DNA from: Terriglobia bacterium
Lineage (GTDB): Bacteria > Acidobacteriota > Terriglobia > 20CM-2-55-15
Reading direction: 5' to 3'
DNA: 64,000 nucleotides
Assembly: GCA_963664115.2 (NCBI GenBank)
Contig: CAXWPJ010000011.1
Span: 1 to 64,000, forward strand
Shown: positions 10,149 to 21,119 of the stretch, piece after piece
Numbering within the stretch: position 1 is the stretch's first letter
Layout: every line of letters begins with the position of its first letter
Translations under genes and position numbers: made by a program
Notes under the pieces: generated by a model
The model's input: only the letters and a program-made list of their open reading frames with translations
What the model was told of the DNA's origin: nothing
The model's database searches: none

Positions 10149-11533
10149 GAGTTATTGTCAAATGTGGTGTTTAGGAGATTGATTCAAGCGGCGGCCTGAT
10201 CGACTTGTGTCGCTTCGACACCATCGTTGAATTTCACTCCGATGATTACCTTGCTCAGATCATCGAATCCTCGTAATCGTCGCCAATTGTTCTCAGCGCA
10301 CTGGCCCAGTTTGAACATCATGTGCAGCATGCCATCCCGTGTCAGGCAACCTCTGGATCGCTTCGTTCGGTGTCGAATGGTGGCAAAGGTCGACTCAATG
10401 GGATTCGTCGTTCTGATGCTCTGCCAGTGCTTGGCCGGAAAGTCGTAAAAGGCCAGCAGTTCCTCTCTGTCTTTCTGCAGGCAGAGTGTGGCTTTCGGAT
10501 ACTTCGGTTCATAGGTTTCAATGAACAAGTCGAATGCCTTCTCGGCGTCTGCCTTCGTCTCGGCCTGCCAGATCGAGTGCAGGGCCTGTTTCGCCTTCGC
10601 CTGGACCGACTTGGGCAGGCAGTTGAGGACGTTCATGACTTTGTGCATCCAGCAACGTTGTTGACGTGTCTCGGGATAGATTTCCTCCAGTGCGGCCCAG
10701 AACCCCATCGCACCGTCACCGATGGCCAACTTCGGAACATTCATCCCACGGGACTTCAGCTTCAACAAGACCTCGCGCCAACTCTGTGTCGATTCCCGTA
10801 CACCGTCTTCGATCGCCAGGAAACGCTTCTCTCCGCGTTCATTCACGCCGATCACGACCAATGCACACAACTTGGTTTGTTCCGCCCGAAGTCCGCTGTA
10901 GATGCCGTCGGCCCAGACATAGACCCAGCGATCTGCATCCAAACGCTCCTCGCATCCGAGGCGGTACTGTTCGCCCCAAACCTGTTTCAACCGCGATACC
11001 GTGCTCGCCGACAGACCCTGCGCCTGGGGACCGACAAGAACTTTTAGGGCCTCACCCATCTCGCCGCTGGAAACGCCTTTCAAATACAACCACGGCACCG
11101 CTGCTTCCAGCGACTTCGTCTTCCGAATGTACGGTGGTACCAGGGCCGATCGGAACGTCACAGCTTCGCCCGTCTTGGCACGGACCTTCGGGATTTGGAC
11201 TGTTACCGGACCCAATCCCGTCTGCAGTTCGCGTTCCGGCAGATAACCGTTGCGTACCACCCCGGCGTTTCCTGTCTCAGTTCGCCGGCCACCGTGCTGG
11301 GATAGCAGCTCTGCCAATTCGGCTTCCACTGCGCGTTGGATCAGTTGCTGTGCCCCAACTCGTAGTAGTTCTGTTACTGGATCCTCAATCGTTTCTCGAC
11401 CTTCCGGTCCATTCACGTTACTCTTGCTCACAGTGGCGTATCTCCTATGGTTGCTTTGAAGTTTTGTCACAACAAATCAACCAGATACGCCGCTCTTATT
11501 CAATCCCTCAAACACCAGATTCGTTTATAACTC
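10149..11533 (-). mobile_element. IS256 copy 2 with 9-bp target duplication ATTCTCCTG
   Basis: Identical transposase; duplication at 10140-10148 and 11534-11542. Confidence 0.95.
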
Positions 11534-11657
11534 ATTCTCCTGTCGGGGCATACTGCAAATAGGCGAAGGGGAAAACGGTTCTCACCCGCGAGATGTCTAT
11601 GAATCCGGGTGAACCTTCAGCTTCAGTGTCTTGATAGAAGGCACCCCGCGGTCCACG

Positions 11658-12254
11658 CTATTCGTCAGCGTTAACCGTGGCCCGTGCACCCAAATAGCCG
11701 CCGTGATGCCGACGCCCGAAATCGGCCGGAGTAAACTGCTTCAGCTCCATTAATACAAGCGCAATCGCATCACTAATCGCCAGCATCACGGCGATGCTCG
11801 CTGATGGCGTGAGGCCGTGCGGACATGGCTCGTCGATCAGTCCCATATCGACCACAATGTCGCTCAGGCTTCGCAACTCGGAATCGGCGTGAGAAGTGAC
11901 TCCAACAATCGTTTGAAGGCCAAGCTGCCGGCCGCGCCGAAGCATATCGAGCACTTCTCGGGTCTTACCGCTGGTCGAGAAAGCAACAATGCAGTCTTCC
12001 GGTTCAATCACACCCAGATCGCCATGTGCCGCTTCACCGGGATGCACATATGTGGCAGGCGTGCCGGTTGACGAGAGCGTCGAGGCAAACTTTCGAGCAA
12101 TGTGCCCAGCCTTGCCCATACCAGTGGTGACGATCTTGCCATGAGAGTCTCGCAACGCCAAAACGGTTTTTTCAAACTCCGGCGTGACACGGACAGATGC
12201 GATGGCCGCTGCCTCAGAGCTCAAAATCTCACCCATGCGAATTTGAATGTTCAT
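11658..12254 (-). CDS. SIS-domain sugar-phosphate isomerase (KpsF/GutQ-like, no CBS domains)
   Basis: TGMGKAGHIARK, HPGEAAHGDLG, STSGKT, HHGGYLG motifs. Confidence 0.88.
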   Translation of the reverse strand: MNIQIRMGEILSSEAAAIASVRVTPEFEKTVLALRDSHGKIVTTGMGKAGHIARKFASTLSSTGTPATYVHPGEAAHGDLGVIEPEDCIVAFSTSGKTREVLDMLRRGRQLGLQTIVGVTSHADSELRSLSDIVVDMGLIDEPCPHGLTPSASIAVMLAISDAIALVLMELKQFTPADFGRRHHGGYLGARATVNADE

Positions 12255-12461
12255 ACCAGGGCCGTCTCATTACAATTATCTAGAACTGGATATCACCAAA
12301 ACTCTGCAAGAAATAACAGTGCGTCCGCTGCGTCCGTGTTCGGACGCCCTTTTGTGTCGTTGACTTAGACCTAAAAGCGCCAACGATATTTTGCAACAAC
12401 TCACAGCCTATCGCCACCGTTATCTGGCCAGCCGGAAGACGGGCTGCTCTACTTGACGTAC

Positions 12462-13846
12462 GAGTTATTGTCAAAAGTGGTGTTTAGGAGATTGATTCAA
12501 GCGGCGGCCTGATCGACTTGTGTCGCTTCGACACCATCGTTGAATTTCACTCCGATGATTACCTTGCTCAGATCATCGAATCCTCGTAATCGTCGCCAAT
12601 TGTTCTCAGCGCACTGGCCCAGTTTGAACATCATGTGCAGCATGCCATCCCGTGTCAGGCAACCTCTGGATCGCTTCGTTCGGTGTCGAATGGTGGCAAA
12701 GGTCGACTCAATGGGATTCGTCGTTCTGATGCTCTGCCAGTGCTTGGCCGGAAAGTCGTAAAAGGCCAGCAGTTCCTCTCTGTCTTTCTGCAGGCAGAGT
12801 GTGGCTTTCGGATACTTCGGTTCATAGGTTTCAATGAACAAGTCGAATGCCTTCTCGGCGTCTGCCTTCGTCTCGGCCTGCCAGATCGAGTGCAGGGCCT
12901 GTTTCGCCTTCGCCTGGACCGACTTGGGCAGGCAGTTGAGGACGTTCATGACTTTGTGCATCCAGCAACGTTGTTGACGTGTCTCGGGATAGATTTCCTC
13001 CAGTGCGGCCCAGAACCCCATCGCACCGTCACCGATGGCCAACTTCGGAACATTCATCCCACGGGACTTCAGCTTCAACAAGACCTCGCGCCAACTCTGT
13101 GTCGATTCCCGTACACCGTCTTCGATCGCCAGGAAACGCTTCTCTCCGCGTTCATTCACGCCGATCACGACCAATGCACACAACTTGGTTTGTTCCGCCC
13201 GAAGTCCGCTGTAGATGCCGTCGGCCCAGACATAGACCCAGCGATCTGCATCCAAACGCTCCTCGCATCCGAGGCGGTACTGTTCGCCCCAAACCTGTTT
13301 CAACCGCGATACCGTGCTCGCCGACAGACCCTGCGCCTGGGGACCGACAAGAACTTTTAGGGCCTCACCCATCTCGCCGCTGGAAACGCCTTTCAAATAC
13401 AACCACGGCACCGCTGCTTCCAGCGACTTCGTCTTCCGAATGTACGGTGGTACCAGGGCCGATCGGAACGTCACAGCTTCGCCCGTCTTGGCACGGACCT
13501 TCGGGATTTGGACTGTTACCGGACCCAATCCCGTCTGCAGTTCGCGTTCCGGCAGATAACCGTTGCGTACCACCCCGGCGTTTCCTGTCTCAGTTCGCCG
13601 GCCACCGTGCTGGGATAGCAGCTCTGCCAATTCGGCTTCCACTGCGCGTTGGATCAGTTGCTGTGCCCCAACTCGTAGTAGTTCTGTTACTGGATCCTCA
13701 ATCGTTTCTCGACCTTCCGGTCCATTCACGTTACTCTTGCTCACAGTGGCGTATCTCCTATGGTTGCTTTGAAGTTTTGTCACAACAAATCAACCAGATA
13801 CGCCGCTCTTATTCAATCCCTCAAACACCAGATTCGGTTATAACTC
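12462..13846 (-). mobile_element. IS256 copy 3, no target duplication
   Basis: Identical transposase 12497-13783 and inverted repeats. Confidence 0.95.
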
Positions 13847-14029
13847 GAGGGGCGGAATCACAAAGTAGATGACGGTCAGCCCCGCTCCGACCAACCATAT
13901 GGTGCACGCGACTGCGACCGATTCACCACGGAAATACGCCAGCGATCCGGTCAGAATCGTAAACGCACCAAGCAGGATTCCAAATATCAGGAGGTCGCGG
14001 TGGTTCGGATTCCGATTGATCTTGATCAT
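13847..14029 (-). pseudogene. SxtJ-like membrane protein, truncated by IS256
   Basis: Hydrophobic ORF directly downstream of the carbamoyltransferase, a common pairing. Confidence 0.55.
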
Positions 14030-14058
14030 GAACTCTCTAACTTTCCTATCAAGAGCAA

Positions 14059-15883
14059 TCAGTCCAGCTCAAACTGGACTAGGTATTCAGACTGATCCAC
14101 TCGCTGGGACTCTGGCTGGCTTTCCTTCAGCAACAGGTAGTCACCGATTGCCAGCACGTCCATGTTCGTCCCCATGAAGCACCGATAAGCATCGGTTGGT
14201 GTGCAAACGATCGGCTCTCCACGAACATTGAAACTGGTATTAATGATGACGGGGCATCCGGTAATTTCCTTGAAAGCCTGAATCAGCCTGTAATATCTCG
14301 GATTTCTTGTTGCATCCACCGTGTGGAGGCGTGCCGAATAATCCACGTGTGTAATTGCCGGCACCTCTGAACGAACGGCATTGAGTTTATTGAGACCTTC
14401 TAGATCTTCCTGCCCGATCCGCCTCTTATCATCTCTTACTGGAGCGACCAGAAGCATGTATGGGCTGTCCTGGGAAGCCTCAATCTCGAAATACTCGGAC
14501 GTGTGTTCTTGCAGGACGGAAGGCGCGAACGGTCTGAACGATTCCCGGAATTTGATCTTCAGATTCATCTTCTTTCGCATTTCAGGATTGCGCGGATCCC
14601 CAACGATGCTCCGTGAACTGAGGGCGCGAGGGCCGAATTCCATTCCGCCCTGCATCCATCCGACGACTTTCCCTTCAGCCATGTAATGGGCAACTCGTTC
14701 GCAAAAACTCGCCTCGTCCGAACAGAATTCGTATACCGCTTCGGACTCATCCAGAAAGGCTCTGATCTCTTCGTTGTTGAACTCCGGACCCAGAAGCGAT
14801 CCACGCTGGCTGTCTGTTTCGACGGGTTCCCGCGGATTGTCAAGCAATTGGTGCCAGATAAACTGCGCGACACCCAGAGCTGCACCCGCGTCTCCTGCTG
14901 CGGGCTGGATCCAGATCCGATCGAACGGTCCTTCCCGCAGGATACGTCCGTTGGCGACACAATTCAGAGCTACCCCTCCAGCCAGACAGAGATTTTTCAT
15001 TCCAGTCTCACGGTGAACGTGTCCAGCGATCCGCAGCACGATATCCTCAGTCACACGCTGAATCGATGCTGCAATGTCCATGTCACTTTGGGTCAGCCGT
15101 GATCCGGGGTCCCGCGCCGGCCGTCCGAAGAGTTGATCCATTTTGCGGGAAGTCATGGTCAATCCCTGGCAGTAGTTGAAGTACGACAGGTCCATTCGAA
15201 ACGAACCGTCCTCTTTCAGATCAATCAGTTGATCCAGAATTAGATCGGCATATTTCGGCTCCCCGTACGGGGCCAAACCCATCAGCTTGTATTCGCCACT
15301 GTTTACCTTGAAGCCCGTGAAGTAGGTAAAGGCGGAATATAGCAAGCCCAGCGAATGCGGAAAGCGCAGTTGGTGTGTTAGAGAGATCCGGTTGCCCCGA
15401 CCGGATCCAAACGTCGCCGTCGCCCACTCCCCAACACCGTCGAGCGTCATGATGGCCGCCTCTTCGAACGGAGACGGGAAGAATGAACTGGCGGCGTGCG
15501 ACTCATGATGCTCGGTAAAGATGAACCGCTTCTCGTAACCTTCCAGTTGCTTACTGATGAGCCTAGACAGATGGAGCTTCTCGCCGAGCCACACCGGCAT
15601 GGCTTTGACAAATGACCGGTATCCGGAAGGAGCGAAAGACAGATAGGTTTCTAAAAGCCGTTCGAACTTGAGAAACGGTTTGTCGTAGAAGCCGACGTAG
15701 TCCAAATCAACAGGAATAAGTCCGGCGCGCTCCATGCAGAACCGGGCCGCGTGGTTAGGGAAGCCCGGATCGTGCTTCTTACGCGTGAATCGTTCTTCCT
15801 GGGCGGCTGCGACGATTTCACCGTCCAGGATCAGCGCCGCCGCCGAATCATGATAGAAGGCTGAAATCCCCAGGATGGCCGTC
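14059..15883 (-). CDS. NodU/CmcH-family carbamoyltransferase; start codon apparently damaged
   Basis: Frame continues upstream of 15735 as AILGISAFYHDSAA; HHESH, GEYKLMGLAPYG, NTSFN motifs. Confidence 0.88.
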
Positions 15884-15969
15884 GAACTGTCCCTCCAAGC
15901 CTCATTGCAATACGTATGTAAACCTCGTCAGGCAGCCGCTTTCGATTTGTTCGCGACCTTTGATACCAC

Positions 15970-17124
15970 TAGTGTACCCCGCTCGAAGTAATGTAATTAA
16001 AATAGCTTTCCAACGTCCAATAGAGAATGAGGAAAGCACCGACCATTGAATTGGATGACAAGCAGCGGATGGAGTTGGAGCGACTGAGTCGAAGCCGGAG
16101 TACATCGGTCCGGTTGGCGGAACGATCCCGAATTGTATTACTGGCCGCTGAAGGTCGGAACAATTATGAGATCGCCGCCCGCTTGGAGATCACGCGCCAG
16201 AAAGCGGGCCGCTGGCGCAATCGTTTTGTGGAACAGGGCTTGGCTGGGATCGAAAAGGATGCGCCGCGAAGCGGACGGATTCCCACGATCAGTCGCCGGA
16301 AGCGAGCCCGGATCGTCAAGAAGACACTGGAAGAGAAGCCCCCGAACGCGACGCACTGGAGTCGGGCCTCGATGGCGAAGGCCGTTGGCGTGAGCGAGTC
16401 CACGGTCGGGAAAATCTGGCGGGTCCATGGACTGAAGCCTCATCTGTCACGAACCTTCAAACTATCCAACGACAAACGATTCGCCGAAAAGCTGGAGGAT
16501 GTGGTCGGTCTGTATCTGAGCCCACCGGAAAACGCCATTGTCTTGTCCTGCGATGAGAAGAGCCAGATGCAGGCCCTGGACCGCACGCAACCCGGGTTAC
16601 CTCTGAAGAAGGGGCGGTGTGGCACCATGACCCACGATTACAAACGTAACGGGACAACCACGCTTTTCGCCGCGCTCAACATCCTGGACGGTTCGGTCAT
16701 CGGAACCTGCATGCCAAAGCATCGCCATCAGGAATGGATCCGGTTTCTGAATCAGATCAAACGCGCCATGCCGAAAGATAAGGAGATCCACATTATTTGC
16801 GACAACTATGCGACTCACAAACATCAGAAAGTCGTCAACTGGCTCAAGCGTAACAAGCGTTTTCATGTGCACTTCACGCCAACCAGTGCGTCGTGGCTCA
16901 ACATGGTCGAGCGCTTTTTCCGGGATCTGTCCGAGCAACGACTCCGGCGTGGCGTTTTCCGCTCGGTCCCCGAGTTGATCCAGGCCGTGGAGGACTACCT
17001 CGCTCGTCACAATGAAGACCCGAAACCCTTCATCTGGACTGCAACGGCTTCCGACATCCTTGCTAAAGTCCAGCGCGGCCGGCGAAATCTTGATAAGTTA
17101 CAGTCTGTTTAACGGGGACCACTA
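15970..17124 (+). mobile_element. IS630 family element (transposase 16027-17112)
   Basis: DEKS, DNYATHK, WLNMVERFF; imperfect inverted repeats bounded by TA. Confidence 0.93.
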
Positions 17125-17384
17125 GGTATTCCGGGAAAGAGTTCCCGAAGGTTCCGTCTTTTCTCGTGCGGGACTCCATCGAAGCGACCGTGGATGATCT
17201 CTGCGGTCTCGACCGCCCGTTGAAGGTCGCTCGAATAAATGGCCGTGGCTGGCAATGAACCCAATCTCTTGGCAGTCAACTGTGCTTGTTCCACTCCGCG
17301 CTCGGTCAGTCCCTTCAGCGGGCTGGGTTGGTCGTCCCAGTCGTACTCCCCATGTCGAACCAAATAGATTGTGCGGATTGCCAT
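17125..17384 (-). pseudogene. Histidine phosphatase family protein truncated by IS630
   Basis: LVRHGE and SSDLQRAVETA motifs. Confidence 0.85.
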
Positions 17385-17461
17385 AAACTACCTTGCGCCA
17401 CTGACTTGAAGGTGAGACGCGAAGATATCAGGCGATAGTCGATTCAATGAAGGAAGATCTT

Positions 17462-17501
17462 GGCTCAAGTCCTGAGAAATCATCTTGTCGGACGTTGAGA
17501 A
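17462..17501. repeat. 40-bp palindromic repeat copy
   Basis: ctcaagtcctgagaaatcatcttgtcggacgttgagaa. Confidence 0.92.
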
Positions 17502-17648
17502 ATGGTCGAAAGTCGGGCATCGACGCTTTTCTTGCGAACAACCCTCCCATGCAGATAGACTTACCAGAATTTCGCCGTTCTTTTTGGCGACGCACTAAAA
17601 CATGCAATCCGGCACACTACTTGGCCATTACGAAATGGGAGGACGCTC

Positions 17649-18704
17649 ATGGCAAATCGTAGAGACTTCTTAAGAACCGTCGGTTACGCGGGGGCTGGGA
17701 CCTTGCTGATGGGCGGCGCGTTCGGCGCACGGGCTCAGACCCCTCGCAAGGAAGTGTTTGTTGGCGGACGACGCACGACGGTCGTGGACATTCACGCTCA
17801 CTGTGCCTTTCATGACGAGCTCCGGGCTAGGCTTCCAAACGCGGCGCCTGAGGGACGCCGTGCCGTCCTGGGGCCAGACCGTTTGGAAGAGATGGACGCG
17901 CGCGGTATCGATATCCAGGCGCTCAGTATCAATCAATACTGGTGGTACGCGAGCGATCGTGGCCTCGCGGCCGAGATCGTCCGGATCCATGACGAGAGCC
18001 TCGCCGAATGGTGCTCCATGCACCCCGACAGGTTTGTCGCTCTCTCGTCCGTGGCGCTGCAGCATCCCGATCTCGCCGCGGAGCAGTTAGAGCACGCGAT
18101 CAACGAGTTGGGCCACCGTGGCGCGTCTGTGGGTGGAACGGTGCTCGGCGAGTCGAACGCCTTGGCCAAGTATGATCCGTTCTGGGCCAAAGCCGAGGAG
18201 CTCGGCGTGCCTGTGTTCATGCATCCAAACGACTCCTCCACCGTTCTCCGGGAAGGGGGGCTGCCGGCCGTCGGCAATCAGGGCAACATTATCGGCAATC
18301 CGCTCGAGACCACGGTATTCCTGACGAACCTGATCTTCGAGGGCGTGTTCGATCGCTTCCCGGGACTCAGAGTCTGCGGGGCGCACGGCGGTGGCTACCT
18401 GCCATCCTACTTCGGCCGCACCGAGGTCGCTTGCGCGCGGAACAACGCGAACTGCAAGAATCAGAAGCAGCCGAGTGCGTACCTGAGGGAGCAGATCATG
18501 GCCGACTCGATGGTCTTCTCGTCAGAGGCACTGCGACACCTGGTGGCCGAGATGGGCGTCAGCCAGGTCGTCTATGGATCCGATCAACCGTTCGCCTGGC
18601 CCGATACCGTGGATTTGATCGTAGATGCCGACTTCCTGAGCGATGCGGACAAAGAGGCGATCCTCGGCGGAAACCTGAGGCGGCTGTTGAAGATCGATTT
18701 GTAG
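17649..18704 (+). CDS. Tat-exported amidohydrolase (ACMSD-like)
   Basis: NRRDFL signal; DIHAH, FMHP, AHGGG, YGSD motifs. Confidence 0.88.
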   Translation: MANRRDFLRTVGYAGAGTLLMGGAFGARAQTPRKEVFVGGRRTTVVDIHAHCAFHDELRARLPNAAPEGRRAVLGPDRLEEMDARGIDIQALSINQYWWYASDRGLAAEIVRIHDESLAEWCSMHPDRFVALSSVALQHPDLAAEQLEHAINELGHRGASVGGTVLGESNALAKYDPFWAKAEELGVPVFMHPNDSSTVLREGGLPAVGNQGNIIGNPLETTVFLTNLIFEGVFDRFPGLRVCGAHGGGYLPSYFGRTEVACARNNANCKNQKQPSAYLREQIMADSMVFSSEALRHLVAEMGVSQVVYGSDQPFAWPDTVDLIVDADFLSDADKEAILGGNLRRLLKIDL

Positions 18705-18769
18705 ACTCGACAAAGCGCAGCAACTCCGAGCGCCCTTTGTGAGGGTACTGTCAACTTGGGCCACGACAA

Positions 18770-18826
18770 ATCAACGTCGTCCTGAACTGGTTTGAAGAAC
18801 TGAAGGAACGGGTGGCGGTTCCCTGA
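18770..18826 (+). repeat. Orphan kinase C-terminal tail (INVVLNWFEELKERVAVP*)
   Basis: Homologous to seven other copies; preceded by an isolated IS6-like end at 18744-18757. Confidence 0.8.
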
Positions 18827-18920
18827 GGCGTGTTTACGGCTCCTCTCCCATGAAAACGAAATCGGCTGTCACTAGTTACTACGCTGGTCATGGCGTTGAT
18901 CGCCGCGTTGCCGCCCCCGA

Positions 18921-19538
18921 ATGAAAGAACTGCTCGCCGTTGATGTTGCTCTGCTGCTACCAGAGGAAACAAACGAACTCTGCAAACGAATCAACACGGC
19001 TCTGGTGCAGGATGACCCCACAGGTTTTGCTTTTGACTCAACTCACTTTCCTCACGTTACGTTAGTTCAGCAGTTCGTCTTGAAATCGAACCTAGCCGCG
19101 CTATGCAGTGAAATAGAGAAAGTTTTGAAGGGCCGATCCCCGTTGCGACTACGGGCGTTAGAAACAGCTTTCGTCGGAACTCCAACGCTTCTCCGCATTG
19201 CGAAAACAAAAGCGTTAAGGCAGATTCACGACGATCTGGTGAACGCCTTAGCGGGGCTGTCCAAGTCGTGGGGTGACGGCAGTGCCTTCTTCTCACAAGG
19301 ACAGAGCGTTCAGGGCTGGGAGATCGAATACGTTACCGAATATCGGGAAGCCGCGAGCTTTGACAGGTATGACCCCCATGTCACCCTCGGCGTCGGTCGG
19401 AGCGAGATCCCAATGCAGCCGTTCTCCTTTACAGCCGATCTCGTCGGTTTGTACCAGCTGGGAAAATTCTGCACCTGTCGCCGACGGTTGCAGGAGTGGA
19501 GACTGAACTCTGCGACTCTCAACCCAGAATCGTCCTGA
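18921..19538 (+). CDS. 2H phosphoesterase (2'-5' RNA ligase family)
   Basis: Two HVTL motifs. Confidence 0.85.
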   Translation: MKELLAVDVALLLPEETNELCKRINTALVQDDPTGFAFDSTHFPHVTLVQQFVLKSNLAALCSEIEKVLKGRSPLRLRALETAFVGTPTLLRIAKTKALRQIHDDLVNALAGLSKSWGDGSAFFSQGQSVQGWEIEYVTEYREAASFDRYDPHVTLGVGRSEIPMQPFSFTADLVGLYQLGKFCTCRRRLQEWRLNSATLNPESS

Positions 19539-19683
19539 ACTGGTTTGAAGAACTGAAGGAACGTGTGCCGGTGCCGTAGTTTTCCTGGTCAAGTCCTGAG
19601 AAATCATCTTCTCGGACGTTGAGAACCCCCGTTTTTAGGCCTTTTCTCACTGTCCGAGAAGGTCCTTTATCAGGACCTGAGCT
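19529..19683. repeat. Kinase tail (19529-19579), repeat (19586-19625) and an inverted degenerate repeat (19644-19683)
   Basis: Direct sequence match to both repeat families. Confidence 0.85.
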
Positions 19684-19852
19684 TCTGATTGCCATCAAAC
19701 CCCGCCTCCGGTATCGTTTAGCGAGTTTTCAGCAGCTCGTCGCATAATAGTTCGAGATTCTTGAATACCACTACTCTCGGACGGCAGGCATCCAGATTGC
19801 CGTGGATGACCCTAGACGACTTCGTGATCACAGCGTGCCAAGGGGGCCAAGC

Positions 19853-20986
19853 ATGAACCGCAGGATTCCATTCGATTTCCTTCTGATCATTTTGGCGACA
19901 CTGGCCTGCGTCGGGTGCCAGGGGCCCCAGGAAACGGGGGTGGCCGTCGTCGACTCCGCATCACTGACGCCTCAAGTCCCAACGTTCCGGGTGGACCCGA
20001 ATTGGCCTCAGGTGCCTGCGCAGTGGAAGCTCGGTGACGTCTCGAGCATCGCGATCGATGCTGACGACAACGCATGGCTACTGCACCGCCCTCGAGTGCT
20101 TACGGGCGATGACGCCGCCATGGCCGCGCCGCCTGTGCTGGGGTTCGATCCCGAAGGCGTGTTCCTCAAGGCTTGGGGCGGGGCTGCGGCCGGTTATGAC
20201 TGGCCGCAGCGGGAGCACGGACTCCACATCGACCATCAAGGGTATGTCTGGCTCGGCGGCAACAACTGTGCTGCGCGGAACTTACCGGGACTTGAGCCGG
20301 TCGCCGACGATCAACTATTGAAATTTACGCTGGACGGCGAATTTGTCATGCAGATTGGCCAGAGCAACGCCAGCCGCGGGAACGCGGATACTCAAAATCT
20401 GCATGAGCCTGCGGATGCGTTCGTTCATCCAGCGACGAACGAGCTGTTCGTCGCCGACGGCTACGGTAACCACCGCGTCGCCGTCTTCGATGCCGAAACC
20501 GGCGCGTTCAAGCGTATGTGGGGTGCGTTTGGAAACGCACCGGAGGACGACGATCACTGTCCGAACATATCGCTCGATTCGGTGCCCGACGGACCCGGCC
20601 CGCAGCAGTTCAGCGTCGTCCATGCGCTTCGTGTGTCTAACGACGGCCTGGTGTATGTGGCGGATCGCGAGAACAGGCGCGTTCAGGTGTTCACGATCGA
20701 CGGCGAATATCTCGACCAGATCGTCTGGGGAGAAGCGCTATTCGCGCGTAACGTGGCCCTGTCGCCGGACCCGGAGCAGCAGTTCCTATACGTCGGAGGC
20801 GGGACGGGGATCATGGTGTTCGGGCGCCAGACGCTCGACCTGCTGACCACCATCGATGGAGAAGGCGTGATCGGCGCTGGCCACCAGATCCAGACTGACT
20901 CGCAGGGCAACCTGTATATTGCCGCAACGGGCGCCGGGTTTCAGCGGCTGATCTTCACGGGTATGTCACCAGGAGCAACCGAGTAG
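19853..20986 (+). CDS. NHL-repeat beta-propeller lipoprotein (peptidyl-alpha-hydroxyglycine lyase-like)
   Basis: FVADGYGNHRV and YVADRENRRVQVF repeats; lipobox-like signal. Confidence 0.82.
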   Translation: MNRRIPFDFLLIILATLACVGCQGPQETGVAVVDSASLTPQVPTFRVDPNWPQVPAQWKLGDVSSIAIDADDNAWLLHRPRVLTGDDAAMAAPPVLGFDPEGVFLKAWGGAAAGYDWPQREHGLHIDHQGYVWLGGNNCAARNLPGLEPVADDQLLKFTLDGEFVMQIGQSNASRGNADTQNLHEPADAFVHPATNELFVADGYGNHRVAVFDAETGAFKRMWGAFGNAPEDDDHCPNISLDSVPDGPGPQQFSVVHALRVSNDGLVYVADRENRRVQVFTIDGEYLDQIVWGEALFARNVALSPDPEQQFLYVGGGTGIMVFGRQTLDLLTTIDGEGVIGAGHQIQTDSQGNLYIAATGAGFQRLIFTGMSPGATE

Positions 20987-21071
20987 TGGAGTGGCTGTGA
21001 GGCGTCCATTTGATTGACGACGCAACGTGTGCCGGTTCTGTAAAGGTGGCCGTCCGTTCTTGCCTACCACC

Positions 21072-21088
21072 GAAATCCATTCTCAAGT
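21072..21088. repeat. Half repeat forming the 3' exon of the outer group II intron
   Basis: gaaatccattctcaagt is the reverse complement of acttgagaatggatttc (compare 2647-2663). Confidence 0.8.
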
Positions 21089-21119
21089 ATCGCGGTAGGG
21101 ATGCCGGTCACCCGGCACC

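Noticed and set aside
8063-11562. Long antisense ORFs (241-315 aa) recurring in IS256, and similar ORFs in IS110, IS1380 and IS4
   Set aside because: Shadow frames that recur only because the IS DNA is identical
13847-15883. Saxitoxin biosynthesis cluster
   Set aside because: Carbamoyltransferase plus SxtJ-like pairs are widespread, and no sxtA or other pathway genes are present
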